Shown here: positions 61,601 to 64,000 of the stretch, piece by piece
Layout of the letters: the number at the start of each line of letters is the position of its first letter
Numbering within the stretch: the first letter of the stretch is position 1
From: Lytechinus pictus
Lineage: Eukaryota
Assembly (NCBI RefSeq): GCF_037042905.1
Contig: NC_087251.1
Span: 30,506,001 to 30,570,000 of the forward strand
Length of the DNA stretch: 64,000 nt
Reading direction: 5' to 3'
Made by a program: the position numbers and the translations under genes
The notes under the pieces: model-generated
What the model was told of the DNA's origin: nothing
What the model saw: the letters and a program-made list of their open reading frames with translations, nothing else
The model's database searches: none

Positions 61601-63930
61601 AGTACGCACTGATTAATCTCTGGTAGGTAATCTGCAATAAAAAAAAATACATAAATATATCTAATCAATGACCTACAATGAGCTTCAGGACTACTCCAAA
61701 CACCTAATAGGGATTTTACGATTTGCACATTCACTAGTGGACTGCTACGTACGTATTTCGTAAGAGATATAAAATCTGCTTGTGTTCTGTGCTGACTAGT
61801 TGGTGGAGTGGAGCAAAGCGATAAGCAAGCACCTATTGACAATACATTGCTATGATCTATTTTCAATAATCTATGTTATTTGGGGAAAATGTGTCATCAA
61901 AATTTTTTTTTTTTTAATTCCAACAGGGATTTTTCTACTAATCCTCACATTTCATCACAGACAAACCAATGGGCAATGCTGGAAAGCTGCAATGAAAGAA
62001 CATATTGGCATTTCTGGATTCCCACCGAATGATCCGGCACAGTCAAGTTGCCTATCCTTGATGGTGATTCTCAGGCGATTTGAAAAATAAACTTGCCTTG
62101 ACTGAAGGCTTACTGGGAGGAACAGGCTCTTCAGGTGATCATAACAGAAGTTGGATACATAGACTATCAAAATACAATGTCGGTGGCTCAAATCTTCAAT
62201 GGGCGGTGGTGTTAAAAAAAGAAACCATGATAATTGGACTACTTACCCTGTTTGGATCAATGCCATGTTGTTCCATTTGAGCCAAGAAGTCAGTTGGGGA
62301 GAATTTATGCTCATTTTGAAGATAAACCCGGAGAAGGGCATTGTAATGGGTGACATCAAAGGTAGTTCCTGATACAATACAAAATTTGGGCAAAGATAAC
62401 ACATTTTCAAGCTGTTGATAATAATTGTCAATACGATAAGAGGCTAATTCTAAATATATCAACATTCACATACAAAGAGATGTTTTGTGAGACAGCTTTC
62501 ATGAACATTAGAACCCTCTAAAAATAGTCTTCAATGGAAAAATCAATTAAATCTTAAGGTTATTCCATTTCCCCAGAAAAACAAGAATTAAATGGCATTC
62601 AATAGCAAAGATACAGCTATTTCACTTTGGCTTCACATGAATATCAATAATAAACATTAACTAAGACTAAAGTACAGGTAAAATGTGTTTTATTGTACAT
62701 ATCATAAGTACATTCTACGATCACATTTCAATATTAACTGATGTTCTTCATGAGATGCCCTTGAAGTGATTTACTTTGAAATCCTATCCAAGTTTTCCAC
62801 TGGTCTTCTTACCGAGCTCTTTAAGTTTATCCCATATACTGGAGACAAGTGCTGTCCTCTCTTCAAGGGCTACCTCTGGCAAGAGTGACCCACAGCTTCT
62901 GATGAGTAGCAGGGCCTGGTTCGGCTTAGCAGCACCTGGGCATTTAGTAGGGGGGAAGAGAAGAAAGAAAACATTACAAATTTTAATCATTTGGCAGTAA
63001 AAGGACAATGCCTCGGAGGAAAATATTCTAAAATTAGACAGTTCAAAACTCCTTAGATAATTAATCTTTGAAACTACCGTAATTTTTTTTTTAATTAACA
63101 TACAGATAATCTAGAATTTTTCTGATTTTTAAAAAAAGAATCCTGCAATTATTCTTTCTTCCTGATAGTAAAATAATTTGTTTCAAAGCATGGACTGCCC
63201 CAGAGTATCCACATACATTTGTTGGACATATTTTGGAGCGTTGTGGACCAGTGGATTAGTCTTCTGACTTTGAAACAGAGGGTTATGGGTTCAAATCCCA
63301 GCCATGACATAATTTCCTTCAGCAAGAAATTTATCCACATTGTGCTGCACTCAACCCAGGTGAGGTGAATGGGTACCCGGCAGGATTGATTCCTTAAATG
63401 CAGGAGCGCTGAAAGGCAGCTCGAGCTAAAGCCGGGGTAATAATAATAACATTGCGCCTCGGAATAGAATATTTCTAGATATATGGCGCTATATAAATGC
63501 CTATTGTTATTGTTTATTTTAAATGGAAAGCACATATCTATGGAAATTCAATTTAATATGGTAAAATCTACATTTCATGATACCCAGCTTTTAAACCTTA
63601 TTGATAAAGAAAACTGTCCATTTACAATTGTAAAAAAAACCAGAATGTCTTCATCATACTGTATAGATTTTTATTTTTTTGGCAGGGATAACAGAAAAAC
63701 ACAATTTCCTACCTAACTTGCAAATTTCATCAAATACAAGAATCAACTGAGCTTTGGTGATTCGTCCCGTTCTTCTGACCATATCGTCTAATCTTCTGAG
63801 AACCATTCTGAATTCATTGTCTGATCTGATTGGCTGAGCGGTCTCCATGGAATCAGGTTGTTCAGCAGACTCGGCAGAGATTGACTGAAACCTGGATATT
63901 GCCGCTGAAAGGCATTGCAGGTTAGAAGTT
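29717..63930 (-). CDS. LRPPRC: Leucine-rich PPR motif-containing protein, mitochondrial (LRPPRC/LRP130); 36 exons in window, 5' end outside window
   Basis: Exons: 63713-63930, 62813-62935, 62247-62368, 61486-61631, 60911-60949, 60353-60440, 59805-59909, 58909-58948, 57606-57760, 56972-57083, 56509-56546, 55878-55947, 55043-55164, 54686-54776, 53233-53299, 52751-52839, 51991-52097, 50164-50316, 48429-48536, 47510-47649, 47115-47200, 44793-44997, 44270-44394, 41778-41884, 41138-41297, 40254-40411, 39442-39498, 38857-38993, 38072-38157, 37395-37587, 36377-36504, 33895-34007, 32216-32293, 31467-31557, 30547-30689, 29717-29803. Total 4087 nt (~1361 aa), all phases consistent. Diagnostic segments: [88 protein letters not shown]-terminal PIPFDEPP. 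Confidence 0.95.
32656..33453. mobile_element. Non-autonomous DNA transposon, 19-bp TIR, 6-bp TSD (LRPPRC intron)
   Basis: TAGGGACAGTGATTTTCCG / CGGAAAATCACTGTCCCTA; TSD GGAGTG; subterminal TTTCCGTTT repeats. Confidence 0.8.
34234..36091. mobile_element. Non-autonomous hAT-like transposon (1.86 kb) with CCGAA subterminal repeats
   Basis: Ends TAGTGCTG / CAGCACTA; perfect 8-bp TSD GCTCAAAT; arrays of CCGAAC near both ends. Confidence 0.85.
36876..37263. mobile_element. MITE, 14-bp TIR, ~6-bp TSD
   Basis: CAGACCTGCCAACC / GGTTGGCAGCTCTG; flanks ACGACC / ATGACC. Confidence 0.65.
38221..38592 (-). mobile_element. Degraded partial copy of the Helentron/DINE-like element
   Basis: Shares AAGTGGA(T)TGCCTCTGGC…GCGATTCAATA and TGACCTTTGACCTT…CATGTGACCTGAAACTC units with 50822-51802. 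Confidence 0.65.
40626..40918 (+). mobile_element. Full-length tRNA-derived SINE
   Basis: A-box TGGCCCAGTGG, tRNA-like arm TCTGA-CTTTGAA-ACAGA, B-box GGTTCGAAAC, central ACCCAGGTGAGGTGAATGGGTACC core, (TCAT/TAT)n tail. Confidence 0.8.
41949..42921 (-). mobile_element. Internally deleted DNA transposon retaining a transposase-like N-terminal fragment
   Basis: 13-bp TIR CAGGCATGAGAAT / ATTCTCATGCCTG; 6-bp TSD ATAAAT; ORF 42403-42615(-) with KNRWHWSW…[12 protein letters not shown], resembling the start of a zinc-finger-bearing transposase (from recall). Confidence 0.75.
43030..44200 (+). repeat. Compound (CAT/CAC)n microsatellite organised in ~200-280-bp higher-order units
   Basis: Anchor ACCACCAGCATTGCAA(A/C)ATATCAC recurs 5 times, separated by variable-length CAT/CAC runs. 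Confidence 0.9.
45520..47040 (+). mobile_element. 5'-truncated non-LTR retrotransposon (CR1/L2-group ORF2 C-terminus plus long pyrimidine-rich 3' UTR), antisense to LRPPRC
   Basis: ORF 45554-45955: [21 protein letters not shown]…[10 protein letters not shown]…L+TL++RR…[11 protein letters not shown], typical of the post-RT C-terminal region; ends AATAAA + (TAC)n. Confidence 0.8.
48958..49739. mobile_element. Non-autonomous piggyBac-like element
   Basis: TTAA|CCCTAACTAGGCCGGG … CCCGGCCATTTTAGGG|TTAA; subterminal GGGGG(T)TTGATTCAACCCCC palindromes. Confidence 0.8.
50822..51802 (-). mobile_element. Helentron/DINE-1-like non-autonomous element (Tsp/pearl-like architecture), copy 1
   Basis: Minus strand: T-run, subTIR GTCTCACCTGCAT with adjacent GTGAGAC inverted repeat, (GCG)n microsatellite, four 162-192-bp internal tandem units, 3' subTIR ATGCAGGTGAGAC; no TSD. 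Confidence 0.7.
53529..54493 (-). mobile_element. Helentron/DINE-1-like non-autonomous element, copy 2
   Basis: Nearly identical to 50822-51802 apart from a few substitutions and a shorter GCC tract. Confidence 0.7.
63235..63517 (+). mobile_element. Full-length tRNA-derived SINE, alternative-tail subfamily; a 3' fragment also at ~28470-28535
   Basis: Same head and core as 40626-40918 but the tail is GCGCCTCGGAATAGAATATTT…GGCGCTATATAAATGCCTATTGTTAT. Confidence 0.8.
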
Positions 63931-64000
63931 CTGGAAAGCAAATGGAGAAAGACTTGCTTTGAGGATATTTGAACACATATTTCGAATTTGAAATCTATAT

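Overview
This is AT-rich, repeat-dense, intron-rich animal DNA. The repeat families suggest a marine invertebrate, probably a sea urchin (inference). Three spliced genes were reconstructed by hand on the minus strand, all with GT-AG introns and consistent exon phases. (1) An unrecognised 5-exon, 177-aa basic protein (CDS 7849->647) with an RFX X-box-like motif upstream. (2) A complete 8-exon, 391-aa 2-aminoethylphosphonate:pyruvate transaminase (PhnW/AEPT, 18896->10754), a phosphonate-metabolism enzyme best characterised in bacteria. (3) 36 exons of the mitochondrial PPR protein LRPPRC (63930->29717), whose 5' end lies beyond the window. Introns and intergenic DNA hold many non-autonomous transposons with recognisable TIRs and TSDs (hAT-like with 8- or 6-bp TSDs, Kolobok-like and piggyBac-like TTAA elements, Helentron/DINE-like elements). 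There are also tRNA-derived SINEs, a truncated LINE and a 32-bp minisatellite with an exact 356-bp higher-order period. No CRISPR, rRNA or genuine tRNA gene was found. Most ORFs in the supplied track are spurious or only partly overlap real exons.
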